Shown piece by piece: positions 49,297 to 58,934 of a stretch of 64,000 nt of DNA; position 1 is the stretch's first letter; every line of letters begins with the position of its first letter. Made by a program: the position numbers and the translations under genes. The DNA comes from an uncultured Eubacteriales bacterium. Lineage in GTDB: Bacteria > Bacillota > Clostridia > Oscillospirales > CAG-272. The notes beneath the pieces were generated by a model that made no database searches, had not been told where the DNA came from, and saw only the letters and a list, made by a program, of their open reading frames with translations. The stretch spans positions 1,882 to 65,881 of the forward strand of contig CATYXQ010000005.1 in assembly GCA_958414825.1 (NCBI GenBank), given 5' to 3'.

Positions 49297-50508
49297 TCAG
49301 CACTTGTCAACTTTTTTACCTGTATCCAACAGATTCGCTGAAACAATTTGCAAAAATTCAAGCGCATCCGAACGGGTATTTTGTATTTTCCCGTCAAAAA
49401 TCGCATACAGCACAGCCTGTAAAGCAATCCCCACCTGCTCACCCCGAAGCGCAGTTGTTCTCAACACATCCTGACCGTTGATTTTCAAGTCTCGAATAGA
49501 AAAACAATTCTCCTCTGATAGAATTTTCTGCACCATATGATACGAATCGCCGCTCCCACTTTCATACATGTCAATCTGCGCACGATCCAAAACAACTTCA
49601 CGCCCGACATCCGCTAAAATACGACGCAAATACGGTGCAGAACAACCAGACAGCACCGGACAATGCAATACAGCCGTCACTCGATGAAAAAAAGCGGCAG
49701 ACGGCTTTAAACTGTATACATGGGCATCCGCCATGGGATCGCCAAGCAAAAGCGCTGAAAGCCGAATATCCGCGCGAAACGGCAACCGATCAAGATAACC
49801 GAATGCACAACTGTTGATCTTCGGTAAAGAAAAAATATGCGTCCAAAGATCGCCGGACAGCATCTTTGCAAGTACCCCGGAAGCGGAGCAACCGCAGAGC
49901 AGCTTTTTTAATTCCGAAAAAATCCGCTCACGCGAGACCAACGATAGCTTGGATGCAAGGACATATGCAGCCTCGAGTGTACTCGATTCTATCTCAAACG
50001 CAAGGACAGAAGCAAATCGAAACGCCCGCAAAATTCGCAATGCATCTTCAGAAAAGCGCTTCATCGGATCCCCTACCGCACGCAGACAACGCGCTTGCAA
50101 ATCCGACTGCCCGCCATAAGGATCCGTAATACGTCCCAAACGATCCATGGCCATTGCATTTACCGTAAAATCTCGACGCATCAAATCCTCAGTCAAACAA
50201 TTTGAAAACAGAACAAAGTCCGGATGCCGTCCGTCGCCGTATTCACCGTCCGTGCGAAACGTAGTTACTTCCACAGAGACACGGCCGTGCAGTACTGTGA
50301 CCGTACCATGCTGCACACCGGTTAAAATGACACGATCGGCGGAGAATACATGCGCAATCTCCCTTGGTAAAGCATTGGTTGTAATATCAAAATCCTGCGG
50401 CATACGTCCCAAAAGGAAATCACGAACGCAGCCGCCGACAAGATATGCTTCAAACCCCTGCTCTTCAAGCCTGGAAAGCACATATAGCACATCCTCGGGT
50501 ATCCGCAT
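49297..50508 (-). CDS. cca: CCA-adding tRNA nucleotidyltransferase
   Basis: The ATG at 50508 follows GGAGAGGAG. It has the motif YLVGGCVRDFLLGRMPQDFDITT and a PolyA_pol head domain. The ORF-track start at 50616 is less likely. Confidence 0.85.
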   Translation of the reverse strand: MRIPEDVLYVLSRLEEQGFEAYLVGGCVRDFLLGRMPQDFDITTNALPREIAHVFSADRVILTGVQHGTVTVLHGRVSVEVTTFRTDGEYGDGRHPDFVLFSNCLTEDLMRRDFTVNAMAMDRLGRITDPYGGQSDLQARCLRAVGDPMKRFSEDALRILRAFRFASVLAFEIESSTLEAAYVLASKLSLVSRERIFSELKKLLCGCSASGVLAKMLSGDLWTHIFSLPKINSCAFGYLDRLPFRADIRLSALLLGDPMADAHVYSLKPSAAFFHRVTAVLHCPVLSGCSAPYLRRILADVGREVVLDRAQIDMYESGSGDSYHMVQKILSEENCFSIRDLKINGQDVLRTTALRGEQVGIALQAVLYAIFDGKIQNTRSDALEFLQIVSANLLDTGKKVDKC

Positions 50509-50663
50509 CACACAACTCCTCTCCGGTATCCGCCGATCCACCCCCAATGCATCGCCGCATTCGAAGCCGTTTTTCAAAAAACGATCCGCGTCGCTTATCC
50601 TTGCAATACACACCATACTGCTCTACTTTATAACCCTAACGTATAAAATGATAACAGTTGCTA

Positions 50664-50694
50664 AAAAAGCACCTGCTTTCGCAAGTGCTTTTTC
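50664..50694 (-). terminator. terminator after the tRNA pair
   Basis: The minus strand reads AAAAAGCAC, a loop, then GTGCTTTTTT immediately after the tRNA-Glu 3-prime end. Confidence 0.65.
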
Positions 50695-50769
50695 TGGTGA
50701 CCCGTGGGAGAATCGAACTCCCGTTACCGCCGTGAAAGGGCGGTGTCTTAGCCGCTTGACCAACGGGCC
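50695..50769 (-). tRNA. tRNA-Glu (anticodon UUC)
   Basis: The reverse complement is GGCCCGTTGGTCAAGCGGCTAAGACACCGCCCTTTCACGGCGGTAACGGGAGTTCGATTCTCCCACGGGTCACCA. It is near-identical in pattern to Bacillus-type tRNA-Glu. Confidence 0.93.
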
Positions 50770-50772
50770 ATT

Positions 50773-50849
50773 TGGTAGCGGAAGTTGGACTTGAACCCAC
50801 GACCTATCGGGTATGAACCGATTGCTCTAGCCAGCTGAGCTATTCCGCC
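50773..50849 (-). tRNA. tRNA-Met, elongator type (anticodon CAU)
   Basis: The reverse complement is GGCGGAATAGCTCAGCTGGCTAGAGCAATCGGTTCATACCCGATAGGTCGTGGGTTCAAGTCCAACTTCCGCTACCA. The anticodon loop is UUCAUAC, and initiator features are absent. Confidence 0.88.
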
Positions 50850-50880
50850 TTTTGCGATCCCTCAAGGCACCGCGATAGTT

Positions 50881-50909
50881 ATCATACCATAATCTGAATA
50901 TATTGTCAA
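50881..50909 (-). promoter_or_regulatory. promoter of the tRNA-Met/tRNA-Glu unit
   Basis: The minus strand reads TTGACA, a 17-nt spacer, then TATGAT, about 30 nt upstream of tRNA-Met. Confidence 0.6.
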
Positions 50910-51040
50910 CACTTTTTTGCAAAAAATGCAAATCTAAAATAAAAAATCGCCGAGAAAATTTTACAATCCTCAGTAAATCTCAATCCCAAAAGGGCAGAAC
51001 CGGATTGTCCGATATTCGGTCTGCAAATCATGCCACTCTG

Positions 51041-51089
51041 AAAAAAGCGAGCGGCACCCGCCTCAAAGATAGGTGCCGCTTGTTTTTTT
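51041..51089. terminator. hairpin terminator downstream of the 627-aa gene
   Basis: AGCGGCACC, a loop, then GGTGCCGCT, flanked by an A-run and a T-run. Confidence 0.65.
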
Positions 51090-51090
51090 G

Positions 51091-52974
51091 TTAGATTTTT
51101 CCCTCGATCGTATCTACACCCTTGCGAAGCGCCGACCAATCGTCCATATAACGGAGCGTCTCCATACGGAATGCACAGGGCCACATAACCAACCATTCGG
51201 AGGGGTTGAAAGGCGGAAGCGTGGGTCTGCCCCAACGAGTCTGGAATACCGCCTCATCCTGGCTTCCGGCAGGACGCACCTTACCGCGGATGCAAAGCGT
51301 ACCGTCCGAAATCAACTGCGACGCAGCACACCAAAGCGCCATGCCGCGCTCATGCCACTGCTTATTTCCAGTAATTTCCGCAAGCTGCAAAAATGCCCGA
51401 ACATCACGCAGACAATACTGATCCACAGCATTGTGCGCTGTAGATACCGCAGTAATTCCAAGCGTATCATACTTTATTTTTGCAAGCGTTGTATCTGCCG
51501 GATACTTTGCAGTATAATGCATCATCCAAGTGCTGATATACCATGCTACATCTTCCGCACGATTCACATATTTCTGCTCATGTGTCACATCGTACAAAGA
51601 CAGCGCGGCGCCGAGCAACGGAGAAGCGGACTCCTTATCAATACAATAAGAATCCAGCGCGCCGGCCGTTGTAAACCCGTTCTCATCGAATTCTTTGCAG
51701 TAACAGTCAAACGCCCGCACAGCGCTCTGCAAATATTTATCTTCACCGGTACGCTTATAAGCCTCAAGAACAGCCGGAATCAAGAATGCGCCGATCGTGC
51801 CGTTTTGCTGACGCACACTGCCGTCCTTATTCCAGCTTTTTGCAAATTCGCCGCTGGGAAGCTGACGATTCACGGCAAAATTAACCATACCCATTGCATA
51901 GTCAATATACTCCGGACGCGGCGTACCGCATTTTTCCATCAGATCAGCCGCCTCAAAATACTGAAGCGCGCCCTGCCCCAAATTGCAGGCGTCAATCGGT
52001 ATATCGCGGGTCTGATCGCACGGCGCTCCGTCAAACTTAATCTGTACAAGACCGTCTATTCCCTCAAGCTTCGTATATTTCGGCCATGCATCCAAACACA
52101 TGCTGGCCTTTTCATAAGCATCCTCATCACCAGTGCGCAAATACTCACAAAGAAGCGCATTTGATGCGGAAGCGCTCTGCCCTACCCAGCCAAGTTCATA
52201 TTTAATTTGGTCGCGTTTTGCATAAAAGCAAGTAGATTTATACCACTGCAATCCACGGTTGAATGCAACAAAGCCGTCCTTTTCGAGCGTCCAGAGCGAT
52301 TTCATAAAAGCAATGCTGTAACGCCACATGTCCTCCGGCTGCATTGGTGCGGGAATCGAATGACCATAGTACCGCCAGGCAAAATCCAGAAGTTTACGCA
52401 CAGAGTGCCGCGGGCGATCCACCTCAAACGCAAAAATGATGCCGCAGAAAAGATCCCGCGGTTCCATCGTGCCCATATACGCTTCTTTCCACTCGTGGCG
52501 CCCCAGCATTTTCGGGCCGGCCTGTTCCGGCCATACAAGCGCATGGCGCTCCATACCGCTTTCAACTTTGTAAAGCGAGCAACTCGGCGTGTCATCCTGC
52601 TCGGCCATCAACGAAACCGCATAGCGATTGGCCATTTCGGTATATGTACAGGCAGGAATCATAACGCGGTGCCACTCATAGGTCCACGGCGTCCCCTCAA
52701 AGCGATCCCCAACGTATTCTTCACTGTCTCCCCAACCGTTTCCGTTATAATTTACGGCAGGCACCATTGTGTATTCGGGTGCTGCACCCGTATCAAATGT
52801 AAGCTGCATCTGATCCACCGGACGCTCGAGTTTCCGTGTCCATTTCCAAGCGCCGTCTTCAATTTTTTCAAATGAATCCACAGCCCCTGCCTCAGATTCA
52901 ATCGTCAGCAGCACTACATTGCCATTCGTCAATTCAAAACGATTACCGTTTTTTAAAAATTGAAAGTTCTTCAT
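51091..52974 (-). CDS. cytoplasmic 627-aa protein of unknown function, possibly an (alpha/alpha)6-barrel glycosidase/lyase-like enzyme
   Basis: The long ORF has a GAGG RBS and no signal peptide. The C-terminal half is helix-rich with Trp/Tyr/Asp-rich motifs, which only suggests a six-hairpin fold. No family was recognised with certainty. Confidence 0.6.
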   Translation of the reverse strand: MKNFQFLKNGNRFELTNGNVVLLTIESEAGAVDSFEKIEDGAWKWTRKLERPVDQMQLTFDTGAAPEYTMVPAVNYNGNGWGDSEEYVGDRFEGTPWTYEWHRVMIPACTYTEMANRYAVSLMAEQDDTPSCSLYKVESGMERHALVWPEQAGPKMLGRHEWKEAYMGTMEPRDLFCGIIFAFEVDRPRHSVRKLLDFAWRYYGHSIPAPMQPEDMWRYSIAFMKSLWTLEKDGFVAFNRGLQWYKSTCFYAKRDQIKYELGWVGQSASASNALLCEYLRTGDEDAYEKASMCLDAWPKYTKLEGIDGLVQIKFDGAPCDQTRDIPIDACNLGQGALQYFEAADLMEKCGTPRPEYIDYAMGMVNFAVNRQLPSGEFAKSWNKDGSVRQQNGTIGAFLIPAVLEAYKRTGEDKYLQSAVRAFDCYCKEFDENGFTTAGALDSYCIDKESASPLLGAALSLYDVTHEQKYVNRAEDVAWYISTWMMHYTAKYPADTTLAKIKYDTLGITAVSTAHNAVDQYCLRDVRAFLQLAEITGNKQWHERGMALWCAASQLISDGTLCIRGKVRPAGSQDEAVFQTRWGRPTLPPFNPSEWLVMWPCAFRMETLRYMDDWSALRKGVDTIEGKI

Positions 52975-53257
52975 CCTATACCTCGTCCATTATTTTTTCA
53001 ACAATACTATTGTATCGTAATACACACACAGTTTCAAGGCACAGACGTACTTTTCAGTACAAAAATTTAAACCACTTTGTGAATTTTTTGAAGTTTATAT
53101 GAATTTTTCATGCATCGCTTTCTTTTGGCAAAAAAAGCAGTATAATAGATATGGAAATGCATGTGCAGTACTGAAATCCACATGTATATTTTTGAAAAAA
53201 ACGATAACTGCGAAAAAACGCAAATCCTACGTTAAAATAGAAAAGGAGTCATTCGAT

Positions 53258-53722
53258 ATGAATTTATTATTTTTTTTGAAACCGAAAAATTATGTTACAT
53301 ATTTAACCCTGGACAGTACGCTTCGACAAGGACTTGAAAAAATGCGAAACAGCGGATACACCGAAATTCCGGTTATAGACAAAGACGGACTATATGCGGG
53401 TACCGTGCGGCAGGGCGATTTTTTATGGAAAATACTGGACAACGGTTATACGGATATACGAGAAGCCGAAAACGAAACCATTCGTGCAATTGTCAGCCGG
53501 CGTATTTTACCCGTACATATAGACACCGCAATAGACGAACTTCTGACAAAAGCTCTGGATCAAAACTTTGTACCCGTCATTGATGATCTTGACTCCTTTA
53601 TCGGAATTATTACAAGGCGCGATATCATCAAGTATTTTATAGAAAAAAACGGCAGTACGACCATTACCGCCGCCAATTTTCCGGCTTCCGTACAGTCTGC
53701 AAAAGCATCGTGTAACCGATAA
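53258..53722 (+). CDS. CBS-domain pair protein
   Basis: The ATG at 53258 follows AAAGGAG. It has two CBS-like repeats (GYTEIPVIDKDGLYAGTV; NFVPVIDDLDSFIGIITRRDII). Confidence 0.75.
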   Translation: MNLLFFLKPKNYVTYLTLDSTLRQGLEKMRNSGYTEIPVIDKDGLYAGTVRQGDFLWKILDNGYTDIREAENETIRAIVSRRILPVHIDTAIDELLTKALDQNFVPVIDDLDSFIGIITRRDIIKYFIEKNGSTTITAANFPASVQSAKASCNR

Positions 53723-53765
53723 AATACTTTTCTTTCAACTACAAGGAACCTTAAAAGTTTCATAT

Positions 53766-53805
53766 AAAAACAGACGGACAGTCCAAAACCATCCGTCTGT
53801 TTTTT
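53766..53805. terminator. bidirectional intrinsic terminator
   Basis: AAAAACAGACGGA, a loop, then TCCGTCTGTTTTT. It ends both the CBS gene and the minus-strand ABC operon. Confidence 0.85.
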
Positions 53806-53844
53806 ATTTTACACTGAAATTCTGCGTCAAACGCAGCTCGCTTG

Positions 53845-54855
53845 TTAACCTACGATACCCGAACGTTCAATGCCCTGCACCAGATATCTTTGGCAGAACA
53901 GATAAATAATCACCAGCGGAACGATAATCATAAGGCCGCAAGTATTATTGATCGCGGTATAATAGAGCGACTGTCCGGCATATGTCGTTTCCAATGATTT
54001 CGGAATGCCGACAATATCCGGCATAAGCGTGATTTTATTGGTGGAGAAGAACATCTCGGTATAGAAATTATCCGTCCACTGCCAAGAAAACGCAAACAGG
54101 AAAATTGTGATCATCATCGGAACAGACAGCGGCAGGATGATCTGCAAAAACGTTCTGAGCGTTCCGGAACCGTCGATATAAGCGCTTTCCTCCAATTCAT
54201 CTGGCACGCCTCGGAAGAACTGCCGCATCATAAAGATATATAGACCGTTCTTAAAGGCAAGTCCGCTCACCGATAGAATGACCATAGGCCAATATGAGTT
54301 GGTAAGCTGTATTGCCGATCCCTTGATCGCACTGATAATGCCAAAAATATCAAAATGACGGAATTCCATAAACATGGACAGATAGAGCGTGTTATGCGGA
54401 ACAACCATAGTCAGGATTACCGCGCCCATGATTAAGCTGCTTCCCTTGAATTTAAACTTGGCAAGACCATAACCGACAAGACAACAGACAAACGTCTGCA
54501 GAACCGCTGACGTAAGAGACAGAAACAACGTATTCAGGAAAGCCTGCATATAATTGTTTTCCAGAAAAATCGCTTTATACTGATCCAATGTAGGATACTT
54601 CGGGATCAGCATAACCGTAACGTCAATGAAATCCTCCGGACTCATAAACGACGCCATAATTTTCGTGAAAAACGGGTAAAGCACGATATAGGACACGCCC
54701 AGCAAAATGATAAAGCGGAACAAATACCAAAGAATGTTCGTAAAGAACGATAGATGACCGAACCGCGCTTTCAGACGCTGTACAAGAGGAGTTCTGTCAA
54801 AATCCACTTTGATTTTATTTTTGGATTCTTTTTTGATAACAGGTGTTTGATTCAT
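53845..54855 (-). CDS. carbohydrate ABC transporter permease (MalG-type), second pair
   Basis: The 336-aa ORF is a multi-TM protein with the EAA-type loop ESAYIDGSGTLRTFLQIILPLSVP. Confidence 0.85.
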   Translation of the reverse strand: MNQTPVIKKESKNKIKVDFDRTPLVQRLKARFGHLSFFTNILWYLFRFIILLGVSYIVLYPFFTKIMASFMSPEDFIDVTVMLIPKYPTLDQYKAIFLENNYMQAFLNTLFLSLTSAVLQTFVCCLVGYGLAKFKFKGSSLIMGAVILTMVVPHNTLYLSMFMEFRHFDIFGIISAIKGSAIQLTNSYWPMVILSVSGLAFKNGLYIFMMRQFFRGVPDELEESAYIDGSGTLRTFLQIILPLSVPMMITIFLFAFSWQWTDNFYTEMFFSTNKITLMPDIVGIPKSLETTYAGQSLYYTAINNTCGLMIIVPLVIIYLFCQRYLVQGIERSGIVG

Positions 54856-54872
54856 TTTCTACTCCTCCTTTC

Positions 54873-55850
54873 TCAGTCTCTCTTTTGATAGAACACAAAC
54901 GCCGACATAATTCCGCAGGCCGCAGCCAGAATCAGAATGATAACAAGGAAGTACATCCAAGCCATCGCGGAACTCAGCACGTTGCCGTCCGGTGTGGGAT
55001 ATACCGCGTCAATCAACTGCATCATCACATTGGATTCTGTCGTGAATGAGTCGATGATCGTATAGACCGCATTGACCAAAATCATCGGGCTGATCATCGG
55101 GAACGTTATTTTCCAGAACGTCTCCCATGCCGTCGCGCCGTCTATCCGACAGGATTCATAAATCGCGGGCGAAATAGACTGAAGTCCGGCAAGGAAAATC
55201 AGAATCTGTACGCCGGAGCGATTGACAATACTGGAAATACCGTCCACCGCAGCGGCTACATACTGTACAAGCTCGGTTCCGACTTTCATATTGGCAAAAA
55301 GCGCCTCAAGATCAATGGCCGAAGACAGCATTGCCGCTGTGCTCTCACCCGTACCGGTATCAATTCCGGCTGAAGAATCCATAAACTCCATCAGATTGTT
55401 CTGCGCATCGATCGCTTCAATCAAACCGGTAGACAGAATAACAGGAATGAACAAAATTGCCCGGAATGCCGCCCTGCCTACAATTTTATTATTGAGCAAT
55501 ACCGCAATGAAAAGCGAAAATATAACAATGGCCGGAATCTCAAGAACCAATTGCCGAATACTGGAAACCAGTGTCTGTACAAAGTCGGGATTTTCAAACA
55601 ACGCCTTTTGATAGTTGGAAAAACCTACCCACGTTGTGGTATAACCACCGGTACGAACCGGATCGATTTCCTGAAAACTGAATTTAATCGAATCAAAAAT
55701 GATCGGCAAATAAATCAGGATAAATCCGGCAACAAACGGAAGAACAAAAATCCACCCCGCATGTGCTTTGCGCTTATCCAGCGATGCCGGACGTCTGGTT
55801 TTTTTAACAGAGGAAGTACGGACGCCTCCTACAGCTTTTGTATTATTCAT
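54873..55850 (-). CDS. carbohydrate ABC transporter permease (MalF-type), second pair
   Basis: The 325-aa ORF has the EAA loop ESCRIDGATAWETFWKITFPMISP. Confidence 0.85.
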   Translation of the reverse strand: MNNTKAVGGVRTSSVKKTRRPASLDKRKAHAGWIFVLPFVAGFILIYLPIIFDSIKFSFQEIDPVRTGGYTTTWVGFSNYQKALFENPDFVQTLVSSIRQLVLEIPAIVIFSLFIAVLLNNKIVGRAAFRAILFIPVILSTGLIEAIDAQNNLMEFMDSSAGIDTGTGESTAAMLSSAIDLEALFANMKVGTELVQYVAAAVDGISSIVNRSGVQILIFLAGLQSISPAIYESCRIDGATAWETFWKITFPMISPMILVNAVYTIIDSFTTESNVMMQLIDAVYPTPDGNVLSSAMAWMYFLVIILILAAACGIMSAFVFYQKRD

Positions 55851-55862
55851 CTGTACTCCCCC

Positions 55863-58800
55863 TTATTTGATAACCACATAACCGTAACTATCTACGGTAT
55901 AGGTTTCGCCGTCCAGTATTGTGGTGATCGCATAGTTGTTATAATTCAGAATGAACTGTGTGCCGTTCTCATACGTCACATGCACAATGCTGTCATCATC
56001 GGTCGTATATTTTGTATAAACGTAACTGTCACCCGTATTTTCAGGCGTTTGAGTCTTTTCTATCGTTATACGATCGTCGATACTCTCACCGGCGCCGATG
56101 GTACCTGCGAGATATTCCTCGCGCATTTGCGCCAGGGTTTCTTTGCGCGCATCTTCATATGCCTTCTCTTCTGCCAGTTTGTCTGCTTCCGCCTTTGCAG
56201 CCGCATCGGCAGCAGCTTCAGCCTCAGTCGGCACGCGCTCACCGATCAGGAACTCATGCCCTACGATCAATGAAGTCTGCAAATCACAGAGCAGTTCATT
56301 CAACTGATTATAGCGTTCTATCAGTTCATCGCGCCAGATGTCATAACGAACCGAGTAGTATTTACTAAGCATGAAATCGTCTTTCAAAAGCTCGGTATTG
56401 TCATAGGAAAGAATGAAATACAACCCCGCGCCGTTCTCGATTGCTCTCAGAATCTCGTAATCAATATCACCGGCCATATTCAGCGCCGAACCTGCAAATT
56501 CGACACAGCCATGCAATACAACGCCCATGAACGGTACGGAAGCGCTTGCATACAGCGAACGGCTGCTCTGCAGTGATACGCCCAGCATCTTGTCTACATA
56601 TTTCCATGTGTAGATATTGCCGCTCATGCTCATGACGCTCGACATATCCTCATCAAGCTGCGCAAAGAACCGATCCGTAAAGATTTTGGAATCATTGCGG
56701 TTATACGGTTCATCGCTGTCAAAGTCGGAATTCAAAGCGCTGCCCATGGTCGAAACAGAGATTGCGGAATTGCCGTATTTCAGATAATTCTTTGAAAATG
56801 TTTCATAAAAATGCGATAAAACCGAAGGAGAAACACAAAGCTTATAATAAGAAACGTACCCCTGAAGCGACGCATCATATTCGCGCAGACTGGAATAACG
56901 GTCATCAATGGTTTTGACGATATGCTTGCTGAGCTTCAATCCGTCGAAATTCTTCTGATTCTGCACATAAGCAAAATCGAAATCGGGATATACACCGAAT
57001 CCCTTTTCATTGGCGTAAGCGACAAGATCTTCAAATCCGTCGGCTCCGCCGGCTTTCTTTTCCCATTTGAGCTTAAACGGAATTGTCGGATACATACCGC
57101 CGTTTGCAAAGCCGGTCAGCTTGAAATCAATATTGGTGATTCCGTTTGACGCAAGCTCATCATACATGGCTTTAATATCCGCAAACGTCGTCATAGCCTT
57201 ATCTACAGTCATAGGCACAGACAAAACCTTTTCAAGCGTCTGTGTGACGCCAAAAGATTCAATGTACAACGGAATATCTTTATCCACATCTTCCTCAGTC
57301 AGACGAGTCAGAGTTCCGTTTTCCAGCAGATAGTCGCGATAAGCATGCGCCATACCCATCCAACTGGTCTCATAATAATCCTTGATGTCATTTTCTTCAG
57401 CTACGGTCTTGTCGGTCAGCATAATATATTTGATCTTATAACTGCCGACATACTTGCGGCTGGATACTACTTCAATCGCACTGCTGGACCCTACCGAAAT
57501 AGAATCCGAAAGCACGTAGGAATCCTTGGGACGCGGATTAAAAGAAACTTGAACCGAATTGTAATTATGCAGTTGGTTCTCATGCTTAGCTGTAATTTTT
57601 GTCAATGCGTCGCCTTCCTCAATGATCGCTAAGAAGCCGCGCTGTTCCTTTGCCCGTACCGCTTCCTGCACGGTAACCGTTTCCGTAATTTCTTCCGTGA
57701 TTTCTTCGCCGGTTATTGGATCCACCGTCGTAACCGTCTTCGTCACTTCTTTCGGCGTATCCACATACTTGATTTTCTGAACCGTTTCACAGATTCCGAA
57801 TACAGGCATACGCATAACATCCTGGTTTGCCGCGCCCTCCAATGTCTGGTAGGCAAAATCCATACCGTATACCGTTCCGGCAATCGATGTATTGCGTCCG
57901 GAGAAATCCTCATAATCCATCAATGCGCCGCTGCCGTCCGGAATGAACGTGTAACCCTCATTGGTATAGGTACCCGCCCCCATATACGGCAAAAGAACAA
58001 TGTTCTGAAGCTTATACAAGGTTTCATCAAAACGAATGCCGTTCGCCGGGAGCGTAACCTCCAGTCCGTCCTCTGTCAGCGTATACTCCAAAGACATACG
58101 GAATACGGGCGTTGCCAGTGTCTGCGCCTCATACTGTGTCATCTGATGGTCATATTCCATTTCTTCATAAGTATAATCAGGCGCATATGTTTTGATAATG
58201 TTTTCCAAATAAGCAAGCTCGCGGTTTTTTATATCCGAACTCAATACATATATCGGCATGTTTTTAGAGGCCGGATACGCTTTCAGCATCTCATCGCGAA
58301 CCGTCTGCGGAAGCGTCGTATCCGAAGGATCCTTGAGGTCGTAGAAAGCCAAAACTTTCAGATTGTACCATTTGCTGTCGATATGCGCAAGAATTTCTTC
58401 TTCAAGGCGCTGTTTGGAAATCATACGGGGTACCAGATAGTTTGCATTTGCACGACCGATCGTATATTCCACTCGAATACCGCTCTTGATGTCCTTAATG
58501 ACAATCTGTCCGAGCTTAGCAGAGTCTGCATAAGAATTATATTCTTTGGCAGTGCCGTTATCATTGTAGCTGATCAGAATCTGAGAAAGAAGTTTATTCT
58601 TCGTTTCCTCAGTTCCTTTCGATGCGGCTACGCTGTACGGATTTGTAAACAGAATCTGACCAGTGGATTTATCCACCACAGCAACTTCTGCCGTCTTCGG
58701 CTCGACGTACAATTCATAGCCGTATTTATCCAGCTTCTTTTCCATGGTCGCAAGCTTATCTGCATCCGTGGGAAAGACTTTCGTCGTATAATCCGGGAAC

Positions 58801-58916
58801 ACCTCTTCCTCAGTAATCTCCTCTTCCGTATCCTCGGCAAAGGCACCAAGCGAAAGACAGAGGAGTGAAGCAGCAAGCATGAGGAGCGCCAAGGCAAGCG
58901 ATATTAACTTTTTCAT
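55863..58916 (-). CDS. large secreted protein of unknown function (resembles what databases label DUF5696, unverified)
   Basis: The 1017-aa ORF has a signal peptide (MKKLISLALALLMLAASLLCLSLGAFAED), an acidic linker, a long globular region and a C-terminal Ala/Glu/Lys coiled segment. No catalytic motif was recognised. Confidence 0.6.
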   Translation of the reverse strand: MKKLISLALALLMLAASLLCLSLGAFAEDTEEEITEEEVFPDYTTKVFPTDADKLATMEKKLDKYGYELYVEPKTAEVAVVDKSTGQILFTNPYSVAASKGTEETKNKLLSQILISYNDNGTAKEYNSYADSAKLGQIVIKDIKSGIRVEYTIGRANANYLVPRMISKQRLEEEILAHIDSKWYNLKVLAFYDLKDPSDTTLPQTVRDEMLKAYPASKNMPIYVLSSDIKNRELAYLENIIKTYAPDYTYEEMEYDHQMTQYEAQTLATPVFRMSLEYTLTEDGLEVTLPANGIRFDETLYKLQNIVLLPYMGAGTYTNEGYTFIPDGSGALMDYEDFSGRNTSIAGTVYGMDFAYQTLEGAANQDVMRMPVFGICETVQKIKYVDTPKEVTKTVTTVDPITGEEITEEITETVTVQEAVRAKEQRGFLAIIEEGDALTKITAKHENQLHNYNSVQVSFNPRPKDSYVLSDSISVGSSSAIEVVSSRKYVGSYKIKYIMLTDKTVAEENDIKDYYETSWMGMAHAYRDYLLENGTLTRLTEEDVDKDIPLYIESFGVTQTLEKVLSVPMTVDKAMTTFADIKAMYDELASNGITNIDFKLTGFANGGMYPTIPFKLKWEKKAGGADGFEDLVAYANEKGFGVYPDFDFAYVQNQKNFDGLKLSKHIVKTIDDRYSSLREYDASLQGYVSYYKLCVSPSVLSHFYETFSKNYLKYGNSAISVSTMGSALNSDFDSDEPYNRNDSKIFTDRFFAQLDEDMSSVMSMSGNIYTWKYVDKMLGVSLQSSRSLYASASVPFMGVVLHGCVEFAGSALNMAGDIDYEILRAIENGAGLYFILSYDNTELLKDDFMLSKYYSVRYDIWRDELIERYNQLNELLCDLQTSLIVGHEFLIGERVPTEAEAAADAAAKAEADKLAEEKAYEDARKETLAQMREEYLAGTIGAGESIDDRITIEKTQTPENTGDSYVYTKYTTDDDSIVHVTYENGTQFILNYNNYAITTILDGETYTVDSYGYVVIK

Positions 58917-58934
58917 TTCTTCACACTCCTTTAC

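Noticed and set aside
50773-50849. Initiator tRNA-fMet or lysidine-modified tRNA-Ile2 (CAU anticodon).
   Set aside because: There is no C1:A72 mismatch and no three consecutive G-C pairs in the anticodon stem. The UUCAUAC loop and overall sequence resemble elongator tRNA-Met. The Ile2 possibility cannot be fully excluded without a classifier.
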